A program made the translations under genes and the position numbers. 64,000 nt of DNA from Phoronis australis (lineage: Eukaryota; Animalia; Phoronida), in the NCBI GenBank assembly GCA_002633005.1, contig NMRA01000118.1, positions 24,032 to 88,031 of the forward strand, written 5' to 3'. This document shows, piece by piece, positions 50,501-64,000 of this stretch. Position 1 is the stretch's first letter. Each line of letters opens with the position of its first letter. The notes under the pieces were generated by a model. That model worked only from the letters and a program-made list of their open reading frames with translations. It did no database searches and was not told the origin of the DNA.

Positions 50501-53500
50501 CCCTCAACATAGACTTAAGAATACCTCGTGAAAAAGCAGGATAACACAATGGTGTCACGCAAAATCATTTTAGTGAAATGCGATTGTTTTGTGAGAATGC
50601 ACGGGACCTTACTAGAGTAGTTACGTTGTGAATGTCGGCCACTGGCGTTGCGATGTTTTGAGTAACTACACATCAATATACGACCTGTAAAGCGCTAAGA
50701 CAAACATAGAAGTTAGTTGCAATCTGCTTGCTACTTGTGTATATTTAACATACTGTGGAAAAACCTTCGTAAACATGACGACTGTCAACACCGGTATATC
50801 ATAGTTCCCGTCCTGAGCCTACAGTTGCTCTGTCACAGTGTCCAAACAAAGCTGTTGCAGACATTGTCGAAAGGCAATACGGGTCGACAAGAAATTTTAT
50901 AATGTCGAATTGTTTCACTTATGGCATGCATAGATTAAGTACTTGAAAAGTTGAGAAAAAAGGCGGCCACCACATCGAGAAAGTCAGTGAATCAGAGTGC
51001 AGGAAAAGATAGTTAATTGTACCAAAGGAACAGGAGAGAGACATGGTCAGTTTGTTACAACAGCATTTTGTAATAGTAGCAATCTACCTTGCACGTCTTC
51101 CGTGAGACATGAAATGAAGAAAAAGAAATCGTTGTTGGCACGGGAAACAATCTGAGATAACTTTCACGAGTTGAATGCAAGAGCCATTTGGCATGAACAG
51201 GGCCGTCCCGGATTACATAGCGACACTCGAGTCTCGCTGAACCCAAAATGTCGTAAACATCCGCCAGGAACATTCGCTGCCTCGTTTTCGTGCCACATGT
51301 TATTTGTTGTTGCCCGATTCTTTACAACTTTTTGTCGGTTGCAGAGACACGAAAATGTACCTGATTTCCAAAACGAGGCCACGCGCTTTCTAGTCTCCGG
51401 GACAAAGGAGAATTCTATCGCCGTGTAATTCGGACGGCCCTTTTAGCTCCAACGTACATGTATATGGTAGAACTCTCGGATTGTGATGCCAACGCACTGT
51501 AGATTACGTGTGGCTGAGGTTGCGTTGCGCATGTGTGGGAAATTGTTGCATTCATTTATTTGAGGTGGTGTTTCCAACTTCGTCTCTAAGCCTCAAGATA
51601 GCGCTGATCGGCTGAGTCATTTTAGGCTTGGTGGGGAGATGCCCTTTTACTGACTGGCCGTAGACAACGTTCACTGACAGGAGTGGCACAATAACCCTTC
51701 AAACACTTGAATCTTGGAATACTTAAATACCACTCTTTGAAGGTTCTTGTCCTTACTTCTTTGATGTGATAAATTTGATTTTTGTTCCAGAAACTAAACC
51801 AGATCCAAAGGCATAACTATTTTCAGACTTTGATGTTGCTAACATTCGTGATTCAGAAGCAGAAGACAAGAAGAGACAAGACAAGACACTGTATTGTTTG
51901 AAATAAAAAGTGTTTACGTCCTTATTGTCAATTTATTTTATTGAAAGCACCACACTTTTACCGCTTTTGAGTTGAAATACATTTTTCAATGATCTAAACC
52001 TAAATTGCTGCATAAATACGGCTCATCGGGATTTGTTGTATTATATTACAGCAAATTTCAGAGTTTATAAAACTTTGTATCACTGATATTCCGGCCGAAT
52101 AAATTTCCCTTTTAAAGCCTGAAATGACTAAACCGATCATCGCCATCTTGAGCATTTAGGACGAGGCTGGTGCTGCTTCTTGCTATGAAATATACGGCTT
52201 AGGGTGGAGATTTTGCTTAATACAAACAAAGCAAGTTTAGAACTATTATCACCGAAAACTTTTTCAATACAGACACAGTTTATACATATTTTGAAATATT
52301 TTGCAGTCTAATGGCCTCAAACATTGTCAAACGAAACATCATCTACGTGCAGATTCGAGACGCCGGCAGTGGGTAGCAACGCTACCTAGCGGACAGGCGA
52401 AACGTAAAGCCCTTTACACGTACTGCAATCAGTTCAAAAGTTTACAATTTCCTTAAAATATATACAAGTGGTCAAGCACCACCTGAGCTCTACTACGCTA
52501 CCAAAATCGTATACATAGGACAAATAATAACAGATACCAATTTAAAAATAAGTCAGTGGGAAATGTGTCACCTTCTTTATTATTACTGTTCGCAACTCCG
52601 TAGCTTTCAAACCGAGTTCAGGCAAAATCGTGCACAACCAACAACCTACGAATGACATGACTTTTATGCAGTTTGGTTGAAAAACGGTAAAGTGAAGTTT
52701 AGTGACAGAAAAGAATGTGATATTTCCCTATTGGTCAAGTGTTAGCAAATTATTTTTGTTATTATTTGTCTCAGGTACACGATTGTGGTATCGTACTATT
52801 GCTCAAGTGGTGCAAACAGATGATGCTCTATGTGACAAAAACATAGATGAGACTTCTTCTGAAGAAGTTTTAGGTGATCACAGATCTAAACTTACCTCGT
52901 TTGTAATAAACAAACATTTCACCCTAAGTCCTACATGATGTTCCATACCAAGAATCAACACCGGAACCAACGAATGCAAACGAATGTGCGGCGCAATGTT
53001 ATCAGCCGCGTGAGATTGAAGTTGGCATTCCATGTCTGGAGATGTTACAAATAAGATCTTAGGCGCACGCGCATTGGAACGAACCAAATTCACTCACTGA
53101 CGACAAGGTGCTATCGAGACTCATTTACCTTACCATAAAACCAGGCGACGGCAAGAGCTTCAATAAATACAGCAAATAGCAGTGATATTCTCGAAGCGTG
53201 TGTCTTTGTTTGTCCTAAAAAATAGTTTCACTCTAGGTCCAATATTCCATAGCAGGGCACAGCATCGCAACAAATGAATGCAAACAACCCCTGCGCATGC
53301 GCGATTAAAACCTCAACCACACGTGACTGAAGTTGGCATTCGATTCCTAGATTTCCAAGAGATTCCGAGATAATCAAGTTGAAATTTCGAGATCCTGAGA
53401 TAATTAAAAAAGAAACGCACGTCTTTGGGCCACCGTAGCCGGAAATTCACAGTACAAACTCTGCCGGCTTGTCTTATGAAATCTCGGAGGCGCAAGCTCG

Positions 53501-54709
53501 AACACTGGAATACATGGGTCACGGGTGGGAGTTGGCATCCCATTCCTAAAGTTCTATATTCTTAGTTAGCAGAAAGTGGGTTGTTGTAGCTGATATTGAA
53601 AAGAATAGAAAAATGATCCAACCGTACTGGCGAAGAATGTACACTAGATCAAATCAGGAAGCGCTGCTGTCCTTTTTAAAATTACTGCGGCATTACACGA
53701 GTTAGAGTAGTACCAAAGCGGAGACTAGAAGCCAGCGATCTATTCCGGCTCTTAAGTAGTGAGAAAAGTGACACCGAATAACTTAGCTACGAAGACTCGC
53801 CTTCCCAACAAGAACGCGATTTGGTCCTCTCGTCACAATAATTCTCGTTTATTTTTAATTCCAGGTTGATGTCCGTTGCCGGGGTAAAGGCAATGCCGCG
53901 AGTAATTATCTCAAAGTCCGCGTATAGGCCTAGTGTGCAGGTTTTAGTTGGTGGTAAATGAGTGACTTTCCAAATAAGGAAGTCAGTAGAGTCAGGATCT
54001 TTCTATATTTTCCTCCTGCAGGAAGCCAAATGCGCGCTGGAACGAGGATGTACATGAGTCCACGAGTTCGAGTTGAGCATGCGTAGCGCGTGGGCACTCG
54101 CTTGCTGGAGAACTAGGTATCATAAACAGGCTGCCTTAAAGTGATATGCAAATTTCTCGTAACTAGCAAAAATAGCGCATGATAATACATTTGTAGCTTT
54201 AGTGCGTGACTATTGCGGCATTGTTTGGGCACATAGACTTATAGAATATTCATGAAGTTAATTTTTATCCTCCTGGCCTGGGTTTCACTGACCGGCGATA
54301 GCAAAATAAGCGATTGCAACAGCTTTTAAAAGGCTTGAAATATAATCAGAATTTTTAAACTATTTTTTCATTGTATCAAGGTATAACTAACAGCATGGTT
54401 GCACTTTGTGTAAACGAGGCTCACCTGGCAAATTATGGTATCATACTAAAATCATCGGTATTTTAAATGCGCTCCAAAATTAAGCACAGGCGTTTTTCAG
54501 GAAGAAAACTGATTTTTTGATAATCCTGAACACTTACGGAGTGGCATAATTTTAATTATTACAAAAGGTTTTAAAAATCCTTTTGTAATCTAGTCAACTA
54601 ATATCCTTCGAAAAAATGTAGGTTTAAGCAGTTCTTTCTCTCCCGTCCACTTACCTGAGAAACGCATATGAATTCGGTTGTTTTCTCCACCTAATAACGT
54701 GTTCAACAT
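40949..54709 (-). CDS. Candidate unannotated micro-exon-containing gene, product unknown (up to about 232 aa): complement join 54709-54655, 53157-53134, 53035-52896, 48019-48008, 47704-47675, 45969-45949, 43612-43583, 41976-41758, 41116-40949
   Basis: Segments bounded by AG and GT(A/G)AG-like or GTATGT sites; the best acceptors have long pyrimidine tracts (45969, 47704, 43612, 41976). The six 3' segments are all phase 0 and stop-free for 159 codons. No family recognised; the three 5' exons are the weakest part. Confidence 0.4.
42400..42520 (-). mobile_element. Possible decayed tRNA-derived SINE fragment
   Basis: Minus strand reads gagagacccggattcgaatcatggc (B-box-like); no intact A box. Confidence 0.3.
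44252..44672 (-). pseudogene. Decayed Tc1/mariner-superfamily transposase C-terminal fragment
   Basis: Translates FEEEGNSVAVTSDRYVEMLR / frameshift / VWFL*DGATSRTA ... WPPYSLDLVPRGDLLWG ... IERIP..CRVMDYFKNILQ..NRGHHMSNVILKT, matching the WFQQDGA-x-HTA and WPPxSPDL-x-P-x-DFFLWG motifs; has a stop, a frameshift and an internal deletion. Confidence 0.85.
47509..47580. repeat. (TG)n microsatellite
   Basis: About 35 TG units. Confidence 0.97.
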
Positions 54710-55750
54710 GGTGGCCCAAACCGTGGACTCGTCTAATACTGAAACTGTTGAGCATGTTTCGTTAGTAGTTTTTGGTAAGACGTATTCGATGATCTTTTTA
54801 AGGGTATTTTGCTGGTCGAGCAAGACGTTACCGAAAAATCGTGTAAGTTAATTCACTGCTAGACCTTAGGACTCACGATGACGGCAAACTGTGGTGAACG
54901 ATACTTACATTCTGTTGATCCATTGGAAGCAGATAAAATAATTGATAAATCATTGATAAATCAACATAAACAAAGAATATAAAATAAATCCATTGTTGAA
55001 TGACTTACCAACTCAGAAGAATAAAACTCACATGCAATTATGTGGATTTTACGAATTTCAATTTCCAACTACGTTATGTCAATTCAAAGTCTAACTAAAT
55101 TAGCATGTATGATGCACGATAAAAGCCAGCGCACAGGGAAACGATTTTCCATCAGTGACGACTCCCAAGATTTTGTATCGGTGATAAATTGTATCGTTCA
55201 TCAGCTCACACAACACGACAAGACGTCTTTCGATCAAACATTTCATGATACTTTCCGACAACTTACGATATATTCGCGAATCAGCGCACACAGTCATATT
55301 GTCTCCAACGAAAATTCGTGACGACTTCCTGCATCTTCAGCTGTTCAAGCAATTCAATTTAAACTCGGAATTTTACTGAGCAAATAGAATTGGATGGCGT
55401 TTGTATTTAAAGCGCTCGGCATTGCCCTCCTTTTACCAAATTGGTCTAAAACTCCAATAGTACAATAATGAATTCGTTACTGTTTATTCATCAATGACTC
55501 GAAGAAACTCAAATTTGCAACTGTGTCTTATGATGTGTTGTGTGTAGTAAAATTTTCAGTGAAAACACAGTCCAGATGACTGACGTCATGAAGTGCGGTT
55601 ACTGCAGTCAGCGAACGCTGATCGCAGTAACTTCGAAGTAAATTTAAATGATCAGTGATCATAATATCACTATTTTGTGGCAAATTATCGGTTATCTCGT
55701 GCAAATCAGTTCAGTAGTTTATGGTCAATATTTTTCATAGTGAGAGAGAG

Positions 55751-56708
55751 NNNNNNNNNNNNNNNNNNNNNNNNNNNNNNNNNNNNNNNNNNNNNNNNNN
55801 NNNNNNNNNNNNNNNNNNNNNNNNNNNNNNNNNNNNNNNNNNNNNNNNNNNNNNNNNNNNNNNNNNNNNNNNNNNNNNNNNNNNNNNNNNNNNNNNNNNN
55901 NNNNNNNNNNNNNNNNNNNNNNNNNNNNNNNNNNNNNNNNNNNNNNNNNNNNNNNNNNNNNNNNNNNNNNNNNNNNNNNNNNNNNNNNNNNNNNNNNNNN
56001 NNNNNNNNNNNNNNNNNNNNNNNNNNNNNNNNNNNNNNNNNNNNNNNNNNNNNNNNNNNNNNNNNNNNNNNNNNNNNNNNNNNNNNNNNNNNNNNNNNNN
56101 NNNNNNNNNNNNNNNNNNNNNNNNNNNNNNNNNNNNNNNNNNNNNNNNNNNNNNNNNNNNNNNNNNNNNNNNNNNNNNNNNNNNNNNNNNNNNNNNNNNN
56201 NNNNNNNNNNNNNNNNNNNNNNNNNNNNNNNNNNNNNNNNNNNNNNNNNNNNNNNNNNNNNNNNNNNNNNNNNNNNNNNNNNNNNNNNNNNNNNNNNNNN
56301 NNNNNNNNNNNNNNNNNNNNNNNNNNNNNNNNNNNNNNNNNNNNNNNNNNNNNNNNNNNNNNNNNNNNNNNNNNNNNNNNNNNNNNNNNNNNNNNNNNNN
56401 NNNNNNNNNNNNNNNNNNNNNNNNNNNNNNNNNNNNNNNNNNNNNNNNNNNNNNNNNNNNNNNNNNNNNNNNNNNNNNNNNNNNNNNNNNNNNNNNNNNN
56501 NNNNNNNNNNNNNNNNNNNNNNNNNNNNNNNNNNNNNNNNNNNNNNNNNNNNNNNNNNNNNNNNNNNNNNNNNNNNNNNNNNNNNNNNNNNNNNNNNNNN
56601 NNNNNNNNNNNNNNNNNNNNNNNNNNNNNNNNNNNNNNNNNNNNNNNNNNNNNNNNNNNNNNNNNNNNNNNNNNNNNNNNNNNNNNNNNNNNNNNNNNNN
56701 NNNNNNNN
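55751..56708. other. Assembly gap (958 N), left flank ends in (GA)n
   Basis: Run of n; ORFs spanning it are artefacts. Confidence 0.99.
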
Positions 56709-59029
56709 AAAAAGTTGAGTTCACGATTTTGGGAACTGAAATAGGGACTGCTCGAAGAAAAAGTTTCATAACGGGAGTATTTGTTCGAGTTGAAAGGAAT
56801 TAAACACACCGACAACCTCCTAAGGTGTTCCTCTATGCGCAAAAGGTAGTTGTAACAACGTGACTTTGATGGTTTAGTCGGTGCGAGGCATAATTCGCCG
56901 AAAAGCTTCCGGCGTACAGAGCGCCTATAGCCTCTACATCGCCTCTGCTTCGGGCCAACAGAGGCGATGGTCATTGCCTAAGTGAATAGATGCATCTTGT
57001 AGATCTCTAGAATAAACCCACGTAAAACCGTAACACAGAGTTGTGTTTGAAAGAGGTTTTCATACAGTCTGCTACAATAATCTTACAGATCTACGTCAAA
57101 AATTGCGGCCTCTATGAGCATTTGAATCTGAATTCGAAAACAAAGTGGCCACCACGTCCGTCATCTGGATTCCGATCAAGACGAAAAACAAAAGGCTTCC
57201 AGCCATTCGTGAGACACATGTTGTGTGTGAATTTTAAGAATTGTGATCAGCAGCGTGCAAACAAGAAACAAACAAAGACAAACAACAACAAAAGAAATAC
57301 AAATTTTATGACAAAGCAACATACTAGGAGAAATTTCATTTCACCAAGCAATAAACAAGTGTGAGTGGGTTGCTGTCAACATTAACATTGTCTAAGGCTT
57401 TTATTTACTGCCTTGGTTTAGCCAATAATTTCCTTCAGCTTGTGTAACTTTCTAATGTGTCCGCTTACAATTTAAGAACATTAACAAATAACTCACACGC
57501 GGCTGCGCATCCTCATTAAAGTTAATTAGTCACTAAATAGACGGAAATACACACTCCGGCATTTGACACCGCACAAATACACCTGTAAGGTAATTCCTCT
57601 GTGGCACACAAGCAATAACAATTGTGACGTATTTGTTTTTCAAATTGCCTCGTTGCAAATAATATCCAAGATACTGATGACTGAAGTTTTTCTTTATCTT
57701 CGTCTTTGCCTTTGCCAAGTAATTTGACAAAACGTTTCATTTTCAGTGGTGCCTTCAACGTGGTTCACGTTAGTGTTTCGTACATTACAATGAACAAAGC
57801 CCTCCAAGATGCCTAAAAAAGTTTCACAATTAACTTTAACAGGTTATCCCAATATTGAAATGTAATTACAGGTAAGTTGAAACAAGGATTCGGCAACTTT
57901 GGTTTTGAAGGGTTTGGAATTGAAATTAGACGGGATTTTTTGACATTTTACAAACATTTCCACAATAGCGTCGAGTTTATTTGTATTTGAAGGTCAAAGT
58001 TTCAGACTTTCAAACTGCGGACATCAATTATTCACAATTCCAGCGGTCATTGTTAAAAAATACAAGGACAGGCGAGGATTTCTGTACCCAGATCAAAACC
58101 CATGATTTGTTTCGACGTACAACGAACATGTACGAGACTTGTTTTAATTTTAATTTTAACCGTCTTATTCGCCAACCTCAGGCCCAGCAACTTTAAGAGG
58201 CATTTTACAATTATCACCAGTTTCACTGTTCACTTATTGAGGGGCAATTGTAAACTCACCCCACATTGCTCTGGCTTATACGGATTTTACTTTACATCTA
58301 ATACAAGAACATGATGTACTTTTGAGAAAATATTCCGGTTTAATACTTTTTTCCCATTCTAAGAAAATAATACTTGATATTGCATTTGCAAAAATTTACA
58401 ATCCTTGCCAAACGTTACGTACTTAGTTGGGGAAGTTTTCGGAAACACGAGAGTTCTAGATCGCCCATATGTAGATTTACTAGATAATCAACCAATCGCG
58501 TAGTACTCTACGAGTAAACTTACAAATTATGTAATATATGTTGATCAACCTAGTTGAGATCTAATTCGGACTTCGGAGTAAAGTTTGGGTTTTGGACCAC
58601 GGTGAAAACACAAAAGAAACCCGGGGCCGGATGTAATCTCAGACTCGAACTATAGCCGCAATGCTGGGGTCATCAAGTGCAAACCAGGATCAGATTGTTA
58701 TTGAAGTACATGTAAGGCATTACGTAATCAAGCATAGAAAAATAAACACGTATCTTGAGTTTGACGAAAAGTAGAATAGAAAATGCCAAAAATATTTTGC
58801 TTTCGATTTCAAGTAAAAGGATACTTAGACATTGGTCCAAGGAGTGCATCCTGCAAGCAAGGCTCATGGTAGTTTGGCGAGATCACAAACGTCACGTGAG
58901 TGAAAGACTAGTTTTTCACGAGTAAGCACGCAACCTTGCTCTCATGTACTAGCAAATAAGAAATTAGAAGGTAAATTGCGGAAGATAACCGTAAGTAAGC
59001 ACACCGATTTTCGTGGCAAGGTTTATGAC

Positions 59030-59143
59030 CCATGAGCGGCGCAGCACTGACAAAAGTGGGGGGCTATAGCCCCCAGCCCCCTGTGGTGCACCGTCTAAGG
59101 ACCATGGGCGACGCAGCACTGAAAAAAGCGGTGCTCCGCCATG
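59030..59143. mobile_element. Second, more decayed tandem dimer of the mini-MITE seen at 39517-39662
   Basis: ccatgagcggcgcagcactgacaaaagtgggggg..tgtggtgcacc..gaccatgggcgacgcagcactgaaaaaag. Confidence 0.8.
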
Positions 59144-62100
59144 TGACCTCAAGTGTCTAGCGAGTGTTTTGCGTCACAGAACGCACCCCTGAAGACCAAT
59201 GCTTCTCAGGCGCTAGAAACTAACGTACGTGTACAGTCTAATGTCATATGCGTAAGTAGACAATAAAAGTAGGAACAGATATGACAAGCAAGCGAAACTA
59301 CAGAGAGACATGACTGGCAGCTCATAGACACAACAAGACAACTTACTGTAGACGTCTGGTTACAGGATCAATAAAGCAGCAAATGAATATATGAGGCTCA
59401 TTCCGGGTTAATCTCAGTAGGCCAGTCTTTGAACTGATAGACAAGTTAATTCAAAACTACGATATTCTATTGTCGATTAAAATCCTCTTATTCTAGAGAA
59501 ACAAAATGGCCATTTTTATGGTGTAATATTATTATTTCAATTAGCAGTTTGAAATGGCGATTCAAAACATCGATCACAAATAAAACTATTAAAACGCCAC
59601 TTATGTGGTTTGTAAAATATTTCAACAAGCTTTTACTGACTGCATTACAACAACAAAATACTTACGGGACGTGAGATTCGCTGTAAAGAGCAAGTAATCA
59701 AATAAAAACAAGTAACTATAGACGAGTTTAACAAACTGTGAACCTAGTTCTACCTTCCTCTTACACGTGGCTAGAACTACAAATCTAAAGTAGTTCCATA
59801 TTACCCTTACTTTGGTAGTATCTTTTTACGCCTGTCTTGGTAAAGTATGTTGACAAATTAACATTTCTATTAACGGCAAAGAAAGCCTTCTTCAGTATTG
59901 CCCGGTTTGATAGATCTAATGTTGATGGTATGGACATTGTGCACGTTTGTACTTAATTAATAACCCTTATCTTACATGCATTTTGGTTTTTAAATTTATA
60001 CAGATGGTTACTGTATGACACGCGTCGTTTGGTTATATCGTTGAGACCAGGATTAACAACGTAGCACAAATAGTCTATGGGCGCAGCAATTTTTGGGGCC
60101 TTGCGCTCATATCAATTTTAGAGGCACCAGTACCATAAACGTATACATGTTTCTACGCCCATGGAAGCACCTCGCAGGTTCCCTGCGTCCTGCTAGATGG
60201 TAGCCAGCACGCAGGTATCACTTAATTTTCCTCGGGAATTTTTTTTATACCGCCGTTTCTAATTGGCTGGTCGAATTCTCAGCAGGCAGCGCTTTACGCA
60301 AACAAACTGGCATGACTGATGGAGGAAATGTAAATGTGGTCTGTTGTACAGACAAGTCGGTGCTTAAAATTCATGTTAAAGAAGTTAAAGAAATGTGAAT
60401 CCCTTAAAATTGTGGTTGCACCTTTTCGGATTGCATCTTTCTACTGTCGCTGACTTTTCATTTACGTTACTGTCCTGTATTCATACAGTGTGAATAACAT
60501 ACTAGTGAAATCGGCCAGATGACGGCGTCTTTATTGTACATGTATGTGCTTCAAGCACGCAGCTATTAAACATTTGGCCTACTGCACAGACGAAATAGTT
60601 GCTGCTACGCCACTTGCATGACAAGGTTAAAATCGTTCATAGTCCGCCATTTTTTTCACTTTGTGGTAAAGCTAACCAATGGCTGCCGAGGTTACATCAA
60701 CTAATGATAAAGCGCGTGCTGACTACCACCTAGCGGGATGGGGCACCGCTATTTTCAATATCTGCAGTGTCGATACGATGTTTATTGCGTCTTTAGATCG
60801 GAATTTGTCCGTACACAGAACGTAAAATCTTCGGAGTAATGAAGTTCGGGAATAAAGGCCCTTCGGAGTAACAACCCGAACGCGACTACCGTGTATAAGT
60901 GCTGTGTCGTATATAAATATGCATTTTTACTTGAGGATAATTTTAATATTTGACAAGGTGGGAAAACTCATTTCATGAGTTTTGGCAACTGCCACCTGTG
61001 GCGTAAGGTGAAAAGAATCGCTATGTCTTTGTACATCTTTGCGGAGCGGCACCAAAAATTATTGACTGCTGCGGTTTTGGAAATCAGGTTTGCACGCAAA
61101 CGTTGATGAGCGATTCATATCTGTAGTCAATCACGGTTAAGAGGAAACATATGTCGCAATGCCCGACAGACTGAAGTTAAGCATCACTTTCAAACTCTGG
61201 AAGCAGCCGTGTACACGACTTGGTGAGGTCCCATTTTATTTAATTTGTTCATATAACAGGCATCTTGTATTGCATCATACAGAAATGTTTCTTTTTCGGG
61301 CTGCGGAATTATCGTTTTTATACTGAGGTATGTGATCTTGCTCGAAAGTTTGAAATGAGACTGGTGATTTTTCAGTCAATCTCATTTGCTATATGTGTCT
61401 GTAGTCTGTATTCCACTTTCAAGTGATTATGAAGGAATTGCCATCTCTTGTACACGGAACCAACAGCGCATGGCACAGAGAGAAAACGAATGCGAGCTTA
61501 CGATGACATTTATGGTTCCGGCAATCTCGACGCAATTGTTACGGGATTTAAAACTAGCGTGCTTTAGTTCTTATTCATAGCTTGGTTGCTGCTCTGTCAA
61601 AACACCAAGAAGACTTGGAAGAAAGTCTCAGTGATGAGCTCGTGCAGTTTTGTTAACTGTTGAAAAACGACCTAGGTGGTAACATTGGCAGGTAAAGCAG
61701 CCTAGTAGAGGTGCAAATGTATCGACTATCTGGAGGCTGAAGTCGTCTTTAAAATCTACCTGTCTCTCATGGTTTTTAATTGCTGCGGAAAACACTCATT
61801 ACTCAGAAGAAACATGGGACAGATGAAATTGAACACCCACGCACTTATGAGTATTGAACAGGAACTTTTACGCAACACTGACGTTTCATTTATTATTGAC
61901 AACTTCACTACTGCGAAGTGCATAAAATGTCCACTGTAAGCCGAACGAATAAATACACATAAGTCAAGCTCCAACGCAGACAATAAGCTGCAAGCTGAGT
62001 TGTGTGCCTCAAGTGGACGCTAGCTGAGCCGACATCTCATATTGCTGTTGCATTTTTCACGCCTGAGTGTGACCTTTTATCTCAGCTATGGCTCACTTCA

Positions 62101-62209
62101 ATTAGACAACTCAGCTAGTATCTCATCGTTTGTGATAGCCAGAAATGTGTTTAAAAACGAGGACCCCGCACTTCGACTTATGCTACGGACCCCGCAGTAG
62201 CTGACTTTC

Positions 62210-62510
62210 GAAATAGCCGTGCCGTATTGAAAATTCACTATCCCGCCAGACGGTGATCACGTCTTTGGTGCACAAGCGTTCAGCGCTACCTACAGTTCCC
62301 ATGTACTGCTGACGAGAAGTTTCAATCTAGTGGTACAAACAGTGTTTAACACCTTTGCTGCTATCATAATGCAGGCAAACGTTCATTGATGTGCGGTGGG
62401 ATACATTAATGGCTTAGGGAAAATATCCATAGATGAAGGACGTCATGTCCCATACATGTACATTTCCCATTGCAATGAAGAATCCACTGCTGCAAAGTCG
62501 GTGGCTGCGA
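62210..62510 (+). mobile_element. Interspersed element of about 300 bp, copy 2 (copy 1 at 39164-39474)
   Basis: Colinear similarity over its full length. Confidence 0.85.
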
Positions 62511-63183
62511 CTGATAGAGCGGTAGAATTTCCATCCTAATCAATGTCAAATAGCTAAATTAACTAGTCCGCCACGCTGTATTTCAGCGACCAATCGACGA
62601 ATTTTTAGATTTTTAAGCAACTTGACAGCCATTCCATGAAAAAAATCAAAAGAAAAAACATCACTCTAAGTTCATATTCCAGATTCGTTTTCATCTTCGC
62701 TTATGTGACGATGTTGTATATGGAATACAAAAAACACAATTTTTGTGCTTGTTGACTCCTTAGTTTTTTACCTAAAAGTCTTTAAGTATTGACGAAAAAA
62801 TGGCACAGCAATTGTCAAGTTTAAAAAACAGGTACATTGCATGCAATGAGAAAAAAGGAATTAGGAAGTAATGCAAAAGGTCTTACAAATAAAATTGCAA
62901 ATTAACAATTTTGCATCGTTCATACTGTGACAGAGAAGACAAATCTGATGGCATTCTTTTGAACAGTTGAAAGTGAGTGTCACTTCAATTATCCCATATG
63001 TCAGTTTGCAAGGAAAGTAGACAACAACAAATGAAGCAAAAATGGATGAGTCGGGATCCAAAATATTCATGATGCTGTACTTCAAAAAATTCAAAAAAAA
63101 ACGTTTGAACACGTCTCACCATGATGAACCAACATTCAGATATCTTGAAAATCGAGTCCTTGACACTTGATACTCTCGTGGAA

Positions 63184-63360
63184 CAGTGGCGGATCTAGGA
63201 TATCACAAGGGGGGGCCCAACATCTTGTCCAGCTGTAACCATTTGCGCAAACCACGATTGTAGATGCGCATAGCACCGAATGGGGGGAGGTCGGGAGGGG
63301 GGTTTGCCCAGGAAATTTTTCTGTTTTTTCCTCTAAAAATTAAGCATTTTCCTTGATTTC
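63184..63360 (+). mobile_element. Truncated hAT-like MITE related to 32735-32973
   Basis: CAGTGGCGGATCTAG terminus, G-run, gcgcatagcaccga vs gcgcgtagcgccga; right TIR not found. Confidence 0.6.
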
Positions 63361-63408
63361 TGATGTATTATCCAAGAAAAAAAGGAAAAAGAAAACACAG
63401 GAAAAATT

Positions 63409-63478
63409 GCATCTTTCACAGACTCGAACTCACGACCTGGTTGATAGGACGCGCGTGCTTTGCCACTACACCACCACG
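63409..63478 (-). mobile_element. tRNA-derived SINE head or tRNA pseudogene
   Basis: Minus strand: A box TGGTGTAGTGGC, B box GAGTTCGAGTC, followed by T-rich tract; cloverleaf incomplete. Confidence 0.55.
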
Positions 63479-64000
63479 ATTTCACTAACACAATGAAACT
63501 AATAGACCTACTTGTTAATGGTCCTACTTCTTTTTGTTATGCTTATTACACGTTTTATATTTTGTGCAATCGGTTCTTAACAAATTTGTTGTATTTAAAA
63601 TAGTCTTCAAATGCCCAAAAGACCAAATCCGTTTTTCGTGTTGGCAATAATGACGGGATTGCTTTGGAAATCGTCTTAAGTTAAGGTTTGACAAAGAGAG
63701 AATTAATGAGTTTCTGAGTGATTCACTAAGGCTTCGATTAAAATTCACATCTTACCAGCAGCTTCTGTTTTTTCATCGTCACTCAGGTTCCATTTTCTTT
63801 AAAAATGAAGTAAATTTTCTCCATTGCACAGTGGAGCAGACGATGGAAACGGGGTCGCAGTGCGCAGCGCCACTGCCGGTCGCCTGGGATATCGCGGGAG
63901 AGCTTATACTTAGCCATAGTTCCGTTACGAATGCGCCGTGTTCCGAATTTGACACTTGAAATTGGATCTGAGCCCCCCCCACAAACACTAAAACTGCACA

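Noticed and set aside
55677-56974. Four long ORFs of 344-422 aa
   Set aside because: Artefacts of translating through the N gap.

Overview
AT-rich, intron-containing animal (probably marine invertebrate) genomic DNA with one assembly gap (55751-56708). On the + strand it holds the 3' two-thirds of a proprotein convertase PCSK7/PC7 gene (about 1-9181) and a complete RASEF/Rab45 gene (EF-hand, coiled-coil, Rab GTPase; 15834-38035). The RASEF gene has two homologous, phase-compatible, apparently mutually exclusive first coding exons with different EF-hand pairs, and one GC-AG intron. From about 41 to 64 kb there is no recognisable conserved gene. The - strand there carries a chain of micro-exon candidates (12, 30, 21, 30 nt) plus larger exons that join into one open frame, a possible unannotated micro-exon gene. 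The PCSK7 locus has a near-perfect 87-bp tandem array that multiplies an exon end with its splice donor. The rest is MITEs (hAT-like, TTAA-flanked, foldback-like), tRNA-derived SINE heads, a decayed Tc1/mariner transposase fragment and simple repeats. All exon calls were made by hand from splice signals, reading phase and recalled family sequences; no database search was run.
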